Below are positions 49,956-60,208 of a DNA stretch of 64,000 nt, piece by piece; position 1 is the first letter of the stretch, and each line of letters opens with the position of its first letter. The notes beneath the pieces were generated by a model that was not told the origin of the DNA, searched no databases, and saw nothing but the letters and a program-made list of their open reading frames with translations. The position numbers were made by a program, and so were the translations under genes. This stretch comes from an uncultured delta proteobacterium (GTDB taxonomy: Bacteria; Desulfobacterota; RBG-13-43-22). The stretch covers positions 1 through 64,000 of the forward strand of contig CAWJJC010000019.1 of assembly GCA_963843145.1 (NCBI GenBank), given 5' to 3'.

Positions 49956-51089
49956 CTAATCTGAATTATAAAATGGGGCTTCCCGGTTCAATAATCGGCT
50001 TGTAGGCTCTCCAATGACCACCATGTTCTCCAGGCGGACGCCGCCCCAGCCCGGAAGATAGATCCCCGGTTCGATAGTCACCACCATGCCCGATTCCAGG
50101 AGGGCCGGTTTGACCGGGCTTAGACTGGGGGGCTCATGGGTGGCCAAACCCACTCCATGGCCCAAAGAATGGTTGAAATGCCGTCCGTAGCCCCCTCGAA
50201 CGATGACCGACCGGGCCAGGGTATCAGCCTCCCGCGTGTCCAGGCCGGCCCGTATTCCTTTTTCCGCTTTTTTCTGGGCCAGACGGACCAGACCATATAC
50301 TTCGAGGAAGCGGTCATTGGGCCGACCCAGAAGAATCGTTCGGGAGAGGTCGGAACAATATCCGTCGACCTTGGCGCCAAAGTCAAAAATGATGGGTTCG
50401 CCTTTTTGAATCGGCCGGTCCGTGGGTTCGGCATGGGGTTGGCTGGCATTGGGCCCGGAGGCGACAATCGGTTCAAAGGCGATCGCCTCCCCCCCCTTTT
50501 GATGGATCAAGGTCTTTATTTTCCAGGCGATGGACCTTTCGGTCTGGCCGGGACGCAGGGTTGCGGCTATTTCCAGAAAAACCGCTTCAGTGACGGCCAG
50601 GGACCTCCGAATGGCCTTAATTTCTCCGGGATCCTTCCGGGCCCGTAACCCTTCGACCAGATTTTGAGTGGGGGTCAATCGAATCGAGGCTTTCGATTTT
50701 CGGATAATTTTCTTTAGCCGTTGATAAAAGTGGTAAGTAAGCCCCCCGCTCTCAAATCCCAATCGGTTCATCCCTTGAAGCCTTGCGCTTATCTCAGACC
50801 AGGAACCCTCCAGACCTTTACTATAAATAAAAGGAGTGTATCCGGGGGCTTCCCGCCGGGCCTCGATTTCATACCGGGGATCGGTTGCCAGGATGGCTAA
50901 AGAATCGCCGACAATCAGGAACCCGGCCGATTCATTTATTTGGGGGTCCGCCGGTTTAAACCCGCTTAAGTAGCGCCGGTTTTCCGGTTGGGTGACCAGC
51001 AGGGCCGAAAGACCTTGAGCCTTCAGGGGTTCTTGAAGCATTTCCAGCCGGCGTTTTTGGGCTGGATACGGGGTGCTGCGGGCAGCCAT
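49956..51089 (-). CDS. Xaa-Pro peptidase (M24 family)
   Basis: DFGA...GYCSDLSRT, HSLGHGVG..HE, TIEPGIY, GVRLEN. Confidence 0.92.
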   Translation of the reverse strand: MAARSTPYPAQKRRLEMLQEPLKAQGLSALLVTQPENRRYLSGFKPADPQINESAGFLIVGDSLAILATDPRYEIEARREAPGYTPFIYSKGLEGSWSEISARLQGMNRLGFESGGLTYHFYQRLKKIIRKSKASIRLTPTQNLVEGLRARKDPGEIKAIRRSLAVTEAVFLEIAATLRPGQTERSIAWKIKTLIHQKGGEAIAFEPIVASGPNASQPHAEPTDRPIQKGEPIIFDFGAKVDGYCSDLSRTILLGRPNDRFLEVYGLVRLAQKKAEKGIRAGLDTREADTLARSVIVRGGYGRHFNHSLGHGVGLATHEPPSLSPVKPALLESGMVVTIEPGIYLPGWGGVRLENMVVIGEPTSRLLNREAPFYNSD

Positions 51090-51175
51090 GTCTCCTCCTA
51101 AATGTTTCTTTAACTTGACTTTTTTCTAAGAAAGCTTATATTTTAAACATAAAATGTTCAATTATATAGACGGTC

Positions 51176-51718
51176 ATGAAGCAAGGCTTTTCCCAAAATG
51201 ATATTTTAATGGTAGACCGGGCGTTGGAAATCGCGGAAGACGCTGCGTGTAATCATTATCATATTTCCGGCAGTAATTGGAAGAATTATGGCTTTGAGGT
51301 TTCCCCGCTGGCCCAATTACAGGAGGAGGAAATAACCGACCAGGGACTGGCTCAGATCAGTCGCTATGTTTTTGCCCCCTATCAATGGATGCCGGCCCCC
51401 TGTCTGAGGGATTATTACCGGGTTTGCCTTCAGGATCATAATATTCTTAAGGTGGTGGAGCGGGGCGAGGGATTGGAGTTATTCCCCCTGATGATCTATA
51501 TTTTAACCCATGAACTGGTCCATATTATCCGGTTCAGGAAATTTTTTCAGCGTTTTGATGTAAGAAGCGAGGAGCGGGAGATCGAGGAAAGCAAGGTCCA
51601 TTCGACCACCTTTGATATTCTCAGGCCTATAAAAAAAATTGATTTGCAGCCGATATTTGATTCTTATTTGGGGCATCGTTGCCCCGGTGTAGGGGCGGGT
51701 TCCTACACCCATAGTTAA
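51176..51718 (+). CDS. Hypothetical protein with HExxH motif
   Basis: [13 protein letters not shown] plus downstream EE; TTGACT/TATATT promoter-like sequence upstream. Confidence 0.7.
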   Translation: MKQGFSQNDILMVDRALEIAEDAACNHYHISGSNWKNYGFEVSPLAQLQEEEITDQGLAQISRYVFAPYQWMPAPCLRDYYRVCLQDHNILKVVERGEGLELFPLMIYILTHELVHIIRFRKFFQRFDVRSEEREIEESKVHSTTFDILRPIKKIDLQPIFDSYLGHRCPGVGAGSYTHS

Positions 51719-51848
51719 TAGTTAATTATTATCAATTGATTATTAATTATTTAGGTCAACCTGTTAGAATTATGTCGCCCCCTTTGTTTTTAGCTTTGCG
51801 GGTGTCCACCCCGGGCATGGGGGTTTAATAAAAGGAGGAGATTGAGAA

Positions 51849-52136
51849 ATGCCCATTTACGAGTACCAATGTCAAAAATGCCGGGAAGTGACGGAGGCCA
51901 TGCAGAAGTTTTCGGATTCCCCTTTGACCCAATGCCCTGCCTGCCAGGGGGAGTTGAAGAAGATGATTTCCCATAGCAGCTTCCACCTGAAAGGCAGCGG
52001 CTGGTATGTGACCGATTACGCCCACAAAGGATCTTCGGCACCGGAAGTGAAAAAAAGCGCCCCCGCGGATAAACCCGCTGCTGCGGTGGAAAGCGGCACC
52101 TCGGCCGCGCCTGCTCCTAAGACCGACCCGGCTTAA
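51849..52136 (+). CDS. FmdB-family zinc-ribbon protein
   Basis: MPIYEYQCQKC...CPAC...LKGSGWYVTDY; AGGAGG RBS. Confidence 0.9.
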   Translation: MPIYEYQCQKCREVTEAMQKFSDSPLTQCPACQGELKKMISHSSFHLKGSGWYVTDYAHKGSSAPEVKKSAPADKPAAAVESGTSAAPAPKTDPA

Positions 52137-52170
52137 GGGCTTTAAATTCGCCCCTAGCAATTTAACCCCC

Positions 52171-52208
52171 AAAAACCATGGTGCCCGTTTAGGCCATGGT
52201 TTTTTTTT
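52171..52208 (+). terminator. Rho-independent terminator
   Basis: AAAAACCATGG...CCATGGT followed by a T-run. Confidence 0.7.
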
Positions 52209-52220
52209 GCCCGGAAGGCC

Positions 52221-54663
52221 ATGAGCAATAAAAACAACCCCCACCATTATGTGTGCATCCATGGTCATTTTTACCAGCCTCCCCGGGAAAATCCTTGGCT
52301 GGGGGCGGTGGAGCGGGAGGAAGGCGCCGCTCCCTATCAGGACTGGAACGAACGGATAACGGCCGAATGCTATGCCCCGAACGCCCGCTCCCGGATTCTG
52401 AATGACCAGGGAAAAGTGGCCCGGATCAGTAATAATTATGAGAAAATCAGCTTCAATTTCGGGCCTACCCTCCTTTCCTGGATCGCGGAAAAGGCGCCAG
52501 CCGTTTTCAGGGGATTAAAGATCGCCGACAATCGATCCCGGGCCGTTCGGGGAGGGCATGGCAATGCCTTGGCCCAACCCTACACCCACGTCATCCTGCC
52601 TTTGACCGAGACCCGTGATCTCCTCACCCAGATCCGCTGGGGGATAGCGGCCTTCAGGCATACCTGGGGGCGGTCCCCGGAAGGAATGTGGCTTCCTGAG
52701 ACGGCTGTCGATGTAAAGACTCTGGAGGCCCTGGCTCTGGAGGAGGTGGGGTTTACCATTCTGGCGCCCCATCAGGTCAGGCGATTTCGCCCGGCGGGTA
52801 AAAAGGAATGGCAGGAATTTAAAACAGGGGTTAATCCCCGTCGGGCCTATTGGTGTCCTCTGCCCTCGGGGAAAAAGATCGCCCTCTTCTTTTATGACGG
52901 CGCCCTGTCCCATGGCATCGCCTTCCAGGATACCCTTGCTGACGGGGGGGGCTACGCCCGGCGCCTAATGGAGTCCTTTGATCCCTTGGACCCGTCTCCG
53001 CAACTGGTGCAGGTGGCCACCGACGGAGAGTCCTATGGGCACCACCGGCCTTTTGGGGATATGGCCCTGGCCTATGCCCTTTATCGCTTGGAAAACGATT
53101 CGCGGGTTCGGTTGACCAATTACGGCCAATTTCTGGAACTATTCCCCCCCCAATTTGAAGTGGAGATCCGGGAAAATACTTCCTGGAGTTGCGCCCACGG
53201 TATCGGACGCTGGCAGGAGGATTGCGGGTGCCGGGCCGGCGGTCAGGAGCAGCATCAGCAGTGGCGGAAGCCACTTCGGGAAGGATTGAACCGGCTGAAG
53301 AAGGAGCTGGATATCCTTTTCGAGGAACAGGGTTCGATCGGATTAAAGGACCCCTGGCAGGCCCGGGACTCTTATGTGCAAGTAGTGCTCAACCGTTCGG
53401 CCAATACGATTAACCGGTTTTTCCGGGAACAGGCCCGTCAGAAAAGACTCTCTCTCGATGATCGGGTCAAGACCTTGAAACTCTTGGAGATGCAACATAA
53501 CAGCCTGCTCATGTTCACCAGTTGCGGCTGGTTTTTCGATGAGATCAGCGGCCTGGAGACCAGACAGATCCTCAAATACGCCTGCCGGGCCATCCAATTG
53601 GCCCGGGATTTCGACCGGGACCTGGAGCCTCTGCTCCTTTCTTATTTGTCGCGGGCCCCCAGCAATCTGGAGGAATACCGGGACGGCCGGGGGGTGTGGG
53701 AGCGGCTCATCCGGCCGTTGGCCGTGGATTTAAACCAGGTCTTGGCCCACCAGGCCATCGCTTCCCTGTATCGGGCCCCCGAGGAACGTTCCGCGGTCTA
53801 TTGTTATGACCTGAAAAATCCCGATCAGGAAGTGCAGCGCCAGAACGGCACCCAGTTGGCCGTCGGCCGGCTCCAGGTGCATTCCCGCCTGACCGGGGAA
53901 GAGCGGGAAATGATCTATGCCGTCCTTCATTTCGGGGGGCTGGATTTTTATTGCCGCCTGAAGGCCTATCAACAAGCCGAAAGTCTACCAAACCTTTAAG
54001 GCTGAACTTCAGGAACTCTACCAGACCGCCTCGCTGGGGGAAGTATATGATCACATCAGAGAATTCTGCGGTGGGCGACATTATTATCTCAAGGATCTTT
54101 TTTTGGAGGAGCGTCGTCACCTGATTGACCTGATTCTAGAGGACCGGTTGAAGGAATATTACCAGCAGATGGGCGAATGGGTCCGGGTCGATGAAGGGGT
54201 GATGAAAAAATTGCTGCATTGGGGAGTTCCCCTTCCCCCGCCCATGGGCTGGGCTTTGCGCCAGTCTTTAAAAAAGGCCTGGGACCAGGCCCTGGAGGAA
54301 GGCCCGGTCGACACTCGGAAATGGGAGGCCTTGAGTAGCCTATTGGAAAGGATGCAAAAGCTGGAATTCCCCATTGACAAAAACCAGATGGCGGAGACTT
54401 TTCAGCAAAAGGCGACGCAGTGGATGAAGGGTCTGGCTCAAGCCCCGGAACCTTCCTCCGTCTTCGGCCGAGTTAGAGAACTCCTGGCGGGGGCCGGGAA
54501 GTTGGGCCTAGCGGTCAATCTCTGGCCCGTGCAGAACAGTTTTCTGGACGCCTGCCTGCTGGTCTCGGATTTATCCCCCCGGGGATTGAACGAGTATCGG
54601 GCTTTTGCCGAAGAACTGGAATTGCCGGTTTCCGTGGTTCCCGAGAGGGCAGCAAGTAGATAA
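52221..54663 (+). CDS. DUF3536 / glycoside hydrolase family 57 protein; frameshift at ~53980
   Basis: HGHFYQPPRENPW, GMWLPET, ATDGESYGHH, SWSCAHG, MFTSCGWFFDE. Removing one A in GAAAGTC continues the frame through YYLKDLFLEERR into ORF 54103..54663. Confidence 0.88.
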
Positions 54664-54717
54664 CGCCCGCCTTTAACCTCTCTGCCCGAGTCGGCCTGCA
54701 ACGAGACCTGTCGGCGA

Positions 54718-54768
54718 GCCCTTCGACAGGCTCAGGGCCTTGAGCTTGCCGAAAAGGCTCAGGATGAG
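54718..54768. repeat. CCCTTCGACAGGCTCAGGG-type palindromic repeat
   Basis: CCCTTCGACAGGCTCAGGGCCTTGAGCTTGCCGAAAAGG hairpin followed by GCTCAGGATGAG. Confidence 0.55.
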
Positions 54769-55060
54769 CTGCTCCGGCGAGTCGGAGAAGGTCAGGGTGT
54801 GAGAAATATCCTTTCAAGGCAGCTCCCCACTTATTTCCATAGAAACCAAACGAATACACTTGAGCGTAGGACCTGGTGGCTAAAACAATTAGCCTGCGGC
54901 CTAAAGAAGATGTGTATAAGCTAGTTGTCGAGGCGGCCTAGGCCGAAAACCGGCTCTTTCCCGGCTTCGGGAGAGGCAATTCGTAGGCCGGAAGAACTGG
55001 ACGGCATTTTGTCCGATTTAGGGTAATCGGGGCTGTTTTCTCTGTGTAACGGGTTGTTGG

Positions 55061-55483
55061 TTACCCTTTGTTAAGATATCCCCGGATAAGCCTCATAAAA
55101 ACCAGAAAGTCCTCCAGCCGATAACGGACGAATTCGATCAGCATTTCCAGGTCGACCCTCAGGTAATCATGAACCAGGATGTTCCGCAGGCCGGCCATTC
55201 CTTTGATTTCTTCCGCGAAATCGGAAGGGATCACGCGGTGGACCCCAAGTTTTCGTATGATTTGTGAGTAATCATCCCAATCATTCTTAAAGCCGCCCGC
55301 CAATATATGGGCACCGATATCCAAAAGATTCTGGATCAGCACCTGAAGACCTTTCTCCAGGATCCACTGCAGGCCGAGGTCGGAATTTAGGGCTTCCGGA
55401 GAGAGATCCTGATACATTTTCAACCGGGCCAAGGCCTCTTCCATTTTTTGCAGATGCTCCTCGATCAGTTCCCGATCAATCAT
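55061..55483 (-). CDS. hepT: HEPN-domain (DUF86) toxin
   Basis: AGLRNILVHDY (RX4HXY); overlaps the MNT gene. Confidence 0.85.
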   Translation of the reverse strand: MIDRELIEEHLQKMEEALARLKMYQDLSPEALNSDLGLQWILEKGLQVLIQNLLDIGAHILAGGFKNDWDDYSQIIRKLGVHRVIPSDFAEEIKGMAGLRNILVHDYLRVDLEMLIEFVRYRLEDFLVFMRLIRGYLNKG

Positions 55484-55958
55484 AAGCGGATAATCCTATG
55501 GCGATCCGCTTCTCGGAATAGGTTCGCTTAATGCGGCGCAGGTATCGGGTGTCGGCGTGTCGCTTTAGGGCCGATATTTCGAATTCGTGCCTGATTTCTT
55601 CGGAGCGACTGAAGATCAACCGTCCGGTATGGATGACCTGATAGGTCAGCACCGGGGAAGCACGGTGCAGCAGGGTGAGATCGACCCGGTTGATTTTCAA
55701 ATGGGCCATGATAGCGGTATTTAGCTCCGCCGGGTAGCCGTAAGGCGCTTCACGATCCATGGTTTCAAGTCGGTCCGAATTAACCAGGACGGCCAGGTCC
55801 AGATCTCGGGGAATCCTGGTCGAGGTAGTGAGTAATGAGCCGAAGAGATAGGCCAGAAGGATTTCCGGTCGGTCCCTGAAAAATGTATAGAGCCGAGCCT
55901 CGACCACTTCCACCGATAATTTGGGTAACGATTCCATGATGATCATAATATATACCAT
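55476..55958 (-). CDS. mntA: Minimal nucleotidyltransferase antitoxin
   Basis: YLFGS-X10-DLDLAV, VDL, G.LIF. Confidence 0.85.
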   Translation of the reverse strand: MVYIMIIMESLPKLSVEVVEARLYTFFRDRPEILLAYLFGSLLTTSTRIPRDLDLAVLVNSDRLETMDREAPYGYPAELNTAIMAHLKINRVDLTLLHRASPVLTYQVIHTGRLIFSRSEEIRHEFEISALKRHADTRYLRRIKRTYSEKRIAIGLSAYD

Positions 55959-55994
55959 ATTGAACAGGATAGAAAATTAATTAGTCTCCCTGGA

Positions 55995-56061
55995 TCAGGC
56001 CAAAAAATGCACCCCGAGGCGGATATCGCTCTCAGCGGAGACGGACCCAGCGGACTTCGGA
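55995..56061 (-). pseudogene. C-terminal remnant of a third PilZ gene
   Basis: Minus strand reads SEVRWVRL, then after a 1-nt shift AESDIRLGVHFLA*; colinear with the C-termini of the two intact PilZ genes. Confidence 0.6.
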
Positions 56062-56133
56062 GCCTAAATATACATAGAATCCAACAGCCCTTCTAATCCA
56101 GGGGCGAGTCTCTTCGTTTCACACAGAATGAAT

Positions 56134-56433
56134 TTAAAATAGAAATTTCAAGCCGAGGCGGCAGCGACCCTTTTCTGTCCCGGACCAGCGGACTTCGGAA
56201 GTAGTTGGAATTATAGTGTTTGAATCTCCGAGGGGAATGTAAAGTTTTACGACATCCCCCGGGGACAATAACCGGTCGGTAAGGATACCGATCCCACTGG
56301 AACTGATATCAAGGCCGCGTCCTTCAATCCGCATGGTGTTGGAAGGACCTGATTTCGTACCATAAATTTCGAAAAGGACGGGGTAGGAAAAAGAGGCGCG
56401 ATCCAGCTTCCTTTTTTCTATATTCGGTTCCAT
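56134..56433 (-). CDS. Stand-alone PilZ-domain protein
   Basis: RKLDR (RxxxR) and DISSSG (DxSxxG); SEVRW...RLGLKF. Confidence 0.85.
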   Translation of the reverse strand: MEPNIEKRKLDRASFSYPVLFEIYGTKSGPSNTMRIEGRGLDISSSGIGILTDRLLSPGDVVKLYIPLGDSNTIIPTTSEVRWSGTEKGRCRLGLKFLF

Positions 56434-56500
56434 AATAGCCCTTTCTTATACGCAAATAGTAGACCAAGGGAATCGTTTTTATTTGGGTGCCTGCTTTTTT

Positions 56501-56800
56501 CTATACTAGGAAATGAAGCCCCATCCGGTAATTTCCCCCTGATTTCCTTGTCCAGCGCACCTCCGAAAAAGTCGGGATCATCGTTTTCGGCTCCCCGAGA
56601 GGGAGATATAATTTTACCACCCCGCCCGGATTTATCGGTTTTTCGTTCAAGATCCCGATTCCATTCGAATTGATATCGACTCCGTCCGCTCGGAGCTGAA
56701 CAGAGTCGAAACATCCGAGCTCCGGATCATTGCATTCAAGGAGAACAGGATAGGGGAAGGCAGTGCGTTCCAGTTGTCTTTTGTCCGGTGTTTTTTTCAT
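56501..56800 (-). CDS. Stand-alone PilZ-domain protein (paralogue)
   Basis: RQLER and DINSNG; VKLYLPLGE...SEVRW...RMGLHF; same length as its neighbour. Confidence 0.82.
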   Translation of the reverse strand: MKKTPDKRQLERTAFPYPVLLECNDPELGCFDSVQLRADGVDINSNGIGILNEKPINPGGVVKLYLPLGEPKTMIPTFSEVRWTRKSGGNYRMGLHFLV

Positions 56801-56898
56801 AAGTCGGCCTTATTTTAGATTCGAGGATATCGAGGACAAAATCCTTCTAAGAACCTGCAAATTTTGATAAAAATTCTATTCCGTTTCATGAATAAAAC

Positions 56899-56919
56899 AA
56901 TCCCTCAAAAGTGGGGATT
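56899..56919. promoter_or_regulatory. Candidate NarL/LuxR-type operator
   Basis: Inverted repeat AATCCC-TCAAAAGTG-GGGATT between divergent PilZ and LuxR genes. Confidence 0.35.
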
Positions 56920-57073
56920 TTGGGGTTGCAAACCGTCCATATGGTTTTATAATAGTTTCTCCTAACAAGGAAACGATACAAACCAAACATATTTGGCGAA
57001 CTAAATATTCAAGTTTCCTTGACATTCGACGATATCAAGAAGAAAATGGATAGAATGCTTCGGGGGAGATTTC

Positions 57074-57616
57074 TTGGACCAGTTAGCTAAAATCATCAAC
57101 CAGCGCGCCATCCCCGGGACCTTGATTTTTGACCTCAACAATCGACTTCTTTTTATTAACAATGAAGCCGTGGCCCTGCTTCCTGAAAAAAAATCGGAAA
57201 TCCCCCAGGAAATTTATTCTCTCTGCGAACGGCTCAAGGAAGGCCCCTCTTCAGAAGATCTATCCGAAATTAATAATCAAAACGGTATAATACTTCAAAA
57301 TGAAACGGGCTTTCATTATTCGGCCCGTGCCTTCCTGATCAGCCGCCGAATGGCCGAGGGAGAGGTTTCCCATATTATGGTCTTGTTGGAGCGGGTAGCG
57401 GAAAAGCATTCCCTCAATTACGAAAGCGTGGCCGAACGGTTTGCCTTAAGCAAGAGGGAAGTAGAGGTCGTCCGCTTGATCTGCGAAGGCTTCAACAACC
57501 GGGAAATTGGGCAGAAATTATATATCAGCGAGCATACGGTCAAGGATCATATCAAAAATATCATGCGAAAGATGGAAGTGGCCTCCAGGAACGAACTGGT
57601 GGCGGTCCTGCTTTAA
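57074..57616 (+). CDS. LuxR-family HTH regulator with PAS-like N-terminus
   Basis: LSKREVEVVRLICEGFNNREIGQKLYISEHTVKDHIKNIMRKM. Confidence 0.88.
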   Translation: MDQLAKIINQRAIPGTLIFDLNNRLLFINNEAVALLPEKKSEIPQEIYSLCERLKEGPSSEDLSEINNQNGIILQNETGFHYSARAFLISRRMAEGEVSHIMVLLERVAEKHSLNYESVAERFALSKREVEVVRLICEGFNNREIGQKLYISEHTVKDHIKNIMRKMEVASRNELVAVLL

Positions 57617-57633
57617 GGCCCGGAGCGCCGGTG

Positions 57634-57718
57634 AGGGGTTAGGGTGCAGGGGATAGGGGGCAGTGTTGAAGATTAAATCTTTTCCCCAACACCCTATACC
57701 CCATACCCTAAACCCTGA
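57634..57718. repeat. TAGGG/CCCTA heptamer-periodic inverted repeat
   Basis: AGGGGTTAGGGTGCAGGGGATAGGGG...ACCCTATACCCCATACCCTAAACCCT. Confidence 0.55.
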
Positions 57719-57725
57719 ATTTTAA

Positions 57726-58580
57726 ATGAACCAAAAAAACCAAAAGAACGAAATCAACCAATTACGTTTGGCTTGGTTCACCACCGCCCGGGACCGGGCG
57801 GCTTGGGACCTGCTCCAGGCGGCCTGGAACAAGAAGAAGGAAGGATTTTATAACCTGTCCATTCCAGTGGTGTTCGTCAGCCGGGAGCGGGGAGAGAGCC
57901 CGGCCAGTGACCTTTTCATGGATTGGGCGGAAGCACAGGGTTTGAAAATAGAGGCCATTTCCGCCCGCCGATTCCTGCCGGAGCTTCGAGAAAAGGATTC
58001 CGGCGCTTGGCGGGAGGCATACGACCAAGAAATCGGGCATTTATTAAAAAGATACCAATTCGACTGGGTCTTTCTGGCCGGGTACATGTGGATCGTCAGC
58101 CCTTTTCTCATCCGCCGGTATCGGATCATCAATCTCCACCCAGCGCCGCCGGGCGGTCCCAAAGGGACCTGGCAGGAAGTGATCTGGGAAACCTTACGGA
58201 AGCGCCTCACCGAGGCCGGGGCTCAGATCCACCTGGTCACGGAAGCGCTCGATGAGGGGCCTCCCTTGACCTATGTGACTTTCCCTTTAAATACAACTGA
58301 ATGGGCTCCCTGGTGGCGTGATTTGAAAGAAAAAGTAAATCGGAAAGGTTGGCCCGCCATTCAGAAAGAAGAGGGGGAGGGGGGACCTCTTTTCACCAAA
58401 GTTCGGGCCAGGGAACTCGATTTGGAATTTCCATTGATCCTCTGGACCCTGAAAACCCTACAATCCGGGAGGCTGAAGGTGGAAGGAGGCCGAGTGATCT
58501 GGGACAAGAAATGGCTTCGGGGGGGGTATTGTTTGAACAGGGAGGTCCTGGGCGAAAAAGGAGAAAGGCTGTTGGCCTAA
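57726..58580 (+). CDS. PurN-like formyltransferase
   Basis: FLAGYM.IV, IINLHPA (catalytic N, H), HLVT..LDEGP (catalytic D); atypical N-terminal loop. Confidence 0.78.
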   Translation: MNQKNQKNEINQLRLAWFTTARDRAAWDLLQAAWNKKKEGFYNLSIPVVFVSRERGESPASDLFMDWAEAQGLKIEAISARRFLPELREKDSGAWREAYDQEIGHLLKRYQFDWVFLAGYMWIVSPFLIRRYRIINLHPAPPGGPKGTWQEVIWETLRKRLTEAGAQIHLVTEALDEGPPLTYVTFPLNTTEWAPWWRDLKEKVNRKGWPAIQKEEGEGGPLFTKVRARELDLEFPLILWTLKTLQSGRLKVEGGRVIWDKKWLRGGYCLNREVLGEKGERLLA

Positions 58581-58661
58581 AAGACGATAGGCGTTTTAGT
58601 CGCGAACACTACAGATAACGGCGGATAAAAGGTGGGGGAAAACATATGAGCCTTGCCGGTG

Positions 58662-58773
58662 TGTCATCCTCAGCCTGGCGAAGGATCCCCCTATCAGCCT
58701 ATGTCCCGTGCTTCGCCAGCCTCAAAAGCCGGACAGGGGGATTCTTCAGTCGTTTCACTTCTTCAGAATGACG
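58662..58773. repeat. TGTC/CGTC-tagged palindromic repeat
   Basis: TGTCATCCTCAGCCTGGCGAAGGATCCCC...GGGGGATTCTTCAGTCG...TTCAGAATGACG. Confidence 0.6.
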
Positions 58774-58804
58774 GGTTGGCCTTCCCTCCTTTTCCTTGAT
58801 GTAT

Positions 58805-59890
58805 CTATCCTAATTCTCCAATCAATTCTCCTCGCACTACCTTACGGAATTGAGAGCTCTTCCGAATGACCTCGGGCCGGTTTTCGGAGGAAAGGACGAA
58901 AAGCTCTGCAGGGAAGGACTGGCCCGGGGAAAACAGGTCAGCTACCCAATCCTTCCCGATCCCCATCTCAATGAGCCGATTCCGGGTCCAGTTTTCTGCC
59001 AGGTTCACGCACCCCCCTGTCCCTTCACGATCGAAGATCTCGGCTAGAACGGCCATGGGCAGGGTCGTGCCGGAGAGGCAGGCCATTTGAGCCTCTCTGA
59101 CGGCATAGGCATTGCCGTTGATCGCCAGGGTTAAGCCGCCGGCGCGGTTGACCTCCTGAAAAACCTGAACGTCCGTAATGCTGTCTCCGGCATAAAAAGC
59201 TTGAGACAGCGGCAGGCTATGGATGGCGGAAATCCTTTTAAGAGCCAGGGCCTTTTCCTCCCCGCCGACTGGGGTAATTTCGGTCAAAAGCCGGCCTATC
59301 CCCCAGGAGGAGATATCTTCCCAGAAAATCCGGTTTAGCCGTTCAATACACTTTCGGTCACGGGCCTCGAGATCGTCCAGGCTCCCGGCTGCCTCCGACC
59401 AATCAAACGGCGGCAGGCCGGCGATTTCCTCTTCCAATTCTTTCAGTTTTCCTTTTTCCAAAGATGAAATAGGAAATTGATCCAGGGGCGCGGCCGTGGA
59501 GAAGGCCCTCTCTTCCGGATGGCCGATGGCCCGGCAGAGGGCGCGAATGTACGGAGAATAGCTGGTGCTGATAATATAACAGGGCATCAGGTTGGAGATA
59601 AAGGCCAAGGTCTCCTGGGCTCGGGGTAGAAGGAGGATATGGTCTCGGGAAAACTCTTCCATGTCTTTTTCGGTCACCCCAAAGGCCTTGAAAAAAGGAA
59701 GGATCAGCTTCAGGGTATCCCCGGCCCGATAGCCCGGGCGCTTTTCCACATCGGCTAAAAAATCATCATATTTGCTCACCCGGGAAAAGAAAAGCTCACC
59801 CCGAGGCAGGAAGTGGCCGGCCAATTCCATGGCGTTGTCATTTTTTGAGATGGGACCTTCACAATCGGTGGCAAAAAATCGGTTCGGCAT
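58805..59890 (-). CDS. HAD-superfamily protein, COG4030/EhaR-like
   Basis: FATDCEGPISKNDNA, SKYDD, AGDTLKLILPF, ISTSY, YAGDSITD, NGN.YA; ATG 59890 after GGAGG-like RBS. Confidence 0.72.
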   Translation of the reverse strand: MPNRFFATDCEGPISKNDNAMELAGHFLPRGELFFSRVSKYDDFLADVEKRPGYRAGDTLKLILPFFKAFGVTEKDMEEFSRDHILLLPRAQETLAFISNLMPCYIISTSYSPYIRALCRAIGHPEERAFSTAAPLDQFPISSLEKGKLKELEEEIAGLPPFDWSEAAGSLDDLEARDRKCIERLNRIFWEDISSWGIGRLLTEITPVGGEEKALALKRISAIHSLPLSQAFYAGDSITDVQVFQEVNRAGGLTLAINGNAYAVREAQMACLSGTTLPMAVLAEIFDREGTGGCVNLAENWTRNRLIEMGIGKDWVADLFSPGQSFPAELFVLSSENRPEVIRKSSQFRKVVRGELIGELG

Positions 59891-60054
59891 GGTAAGATAT
59901 CCCTGTGGAGGGTTCAGAGTTCGGAGTTCCGGGTTCAATAAAATCTAAATAAAAAGTATCTCTTAAGATTATATAAAATATTCGCTTGCGTTGGGAATAA
60001 AATTTATTTTTTTCCAGCAATTTGGTATGGTTTCAATTTAACAAAGTAATTGAA

Positions 60055-60125
60055 TTTTTGTTTTGATCATTTGGGTTTTGGACCTTCGTGCTTGTTTCGA
60101 ATTTCGTGCTTCGAATTTCGGATTT
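60055..60125. repeat. Half copy of the family A element
   Basis: TTTTGATCATTTGGGTTTTGGACCTTCGTGCTTGTTTCGAATTTCGTGCTTCGAATTTCGGATTT, nearly identical to 37678-37742. Confidence 0.75.
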
Positions 60126-60208
60126 ATAAGCCTTTTTGTTCAAATGGGAACAATGAAAAATCCTCAGATTAAAACAATGCCAGCAACTATTCTTGCGAGG
60201 AGGATCCT

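Noticed and set aside
54860-54960. c-di-GMP-I (GEMM) riboswitch suggested by AGCCTGCGGCCTAA
   Set aside because: The GCAAACC/GAAA/GGACGCAA P2 elements are missing, and the site is between convergent genes.
55061-55958. MNT-HEPN pair as a novel defence system
   Set aside because: It matches the known HepT/MntA toxin-antitoxin family with canonical motifs and no extra components.
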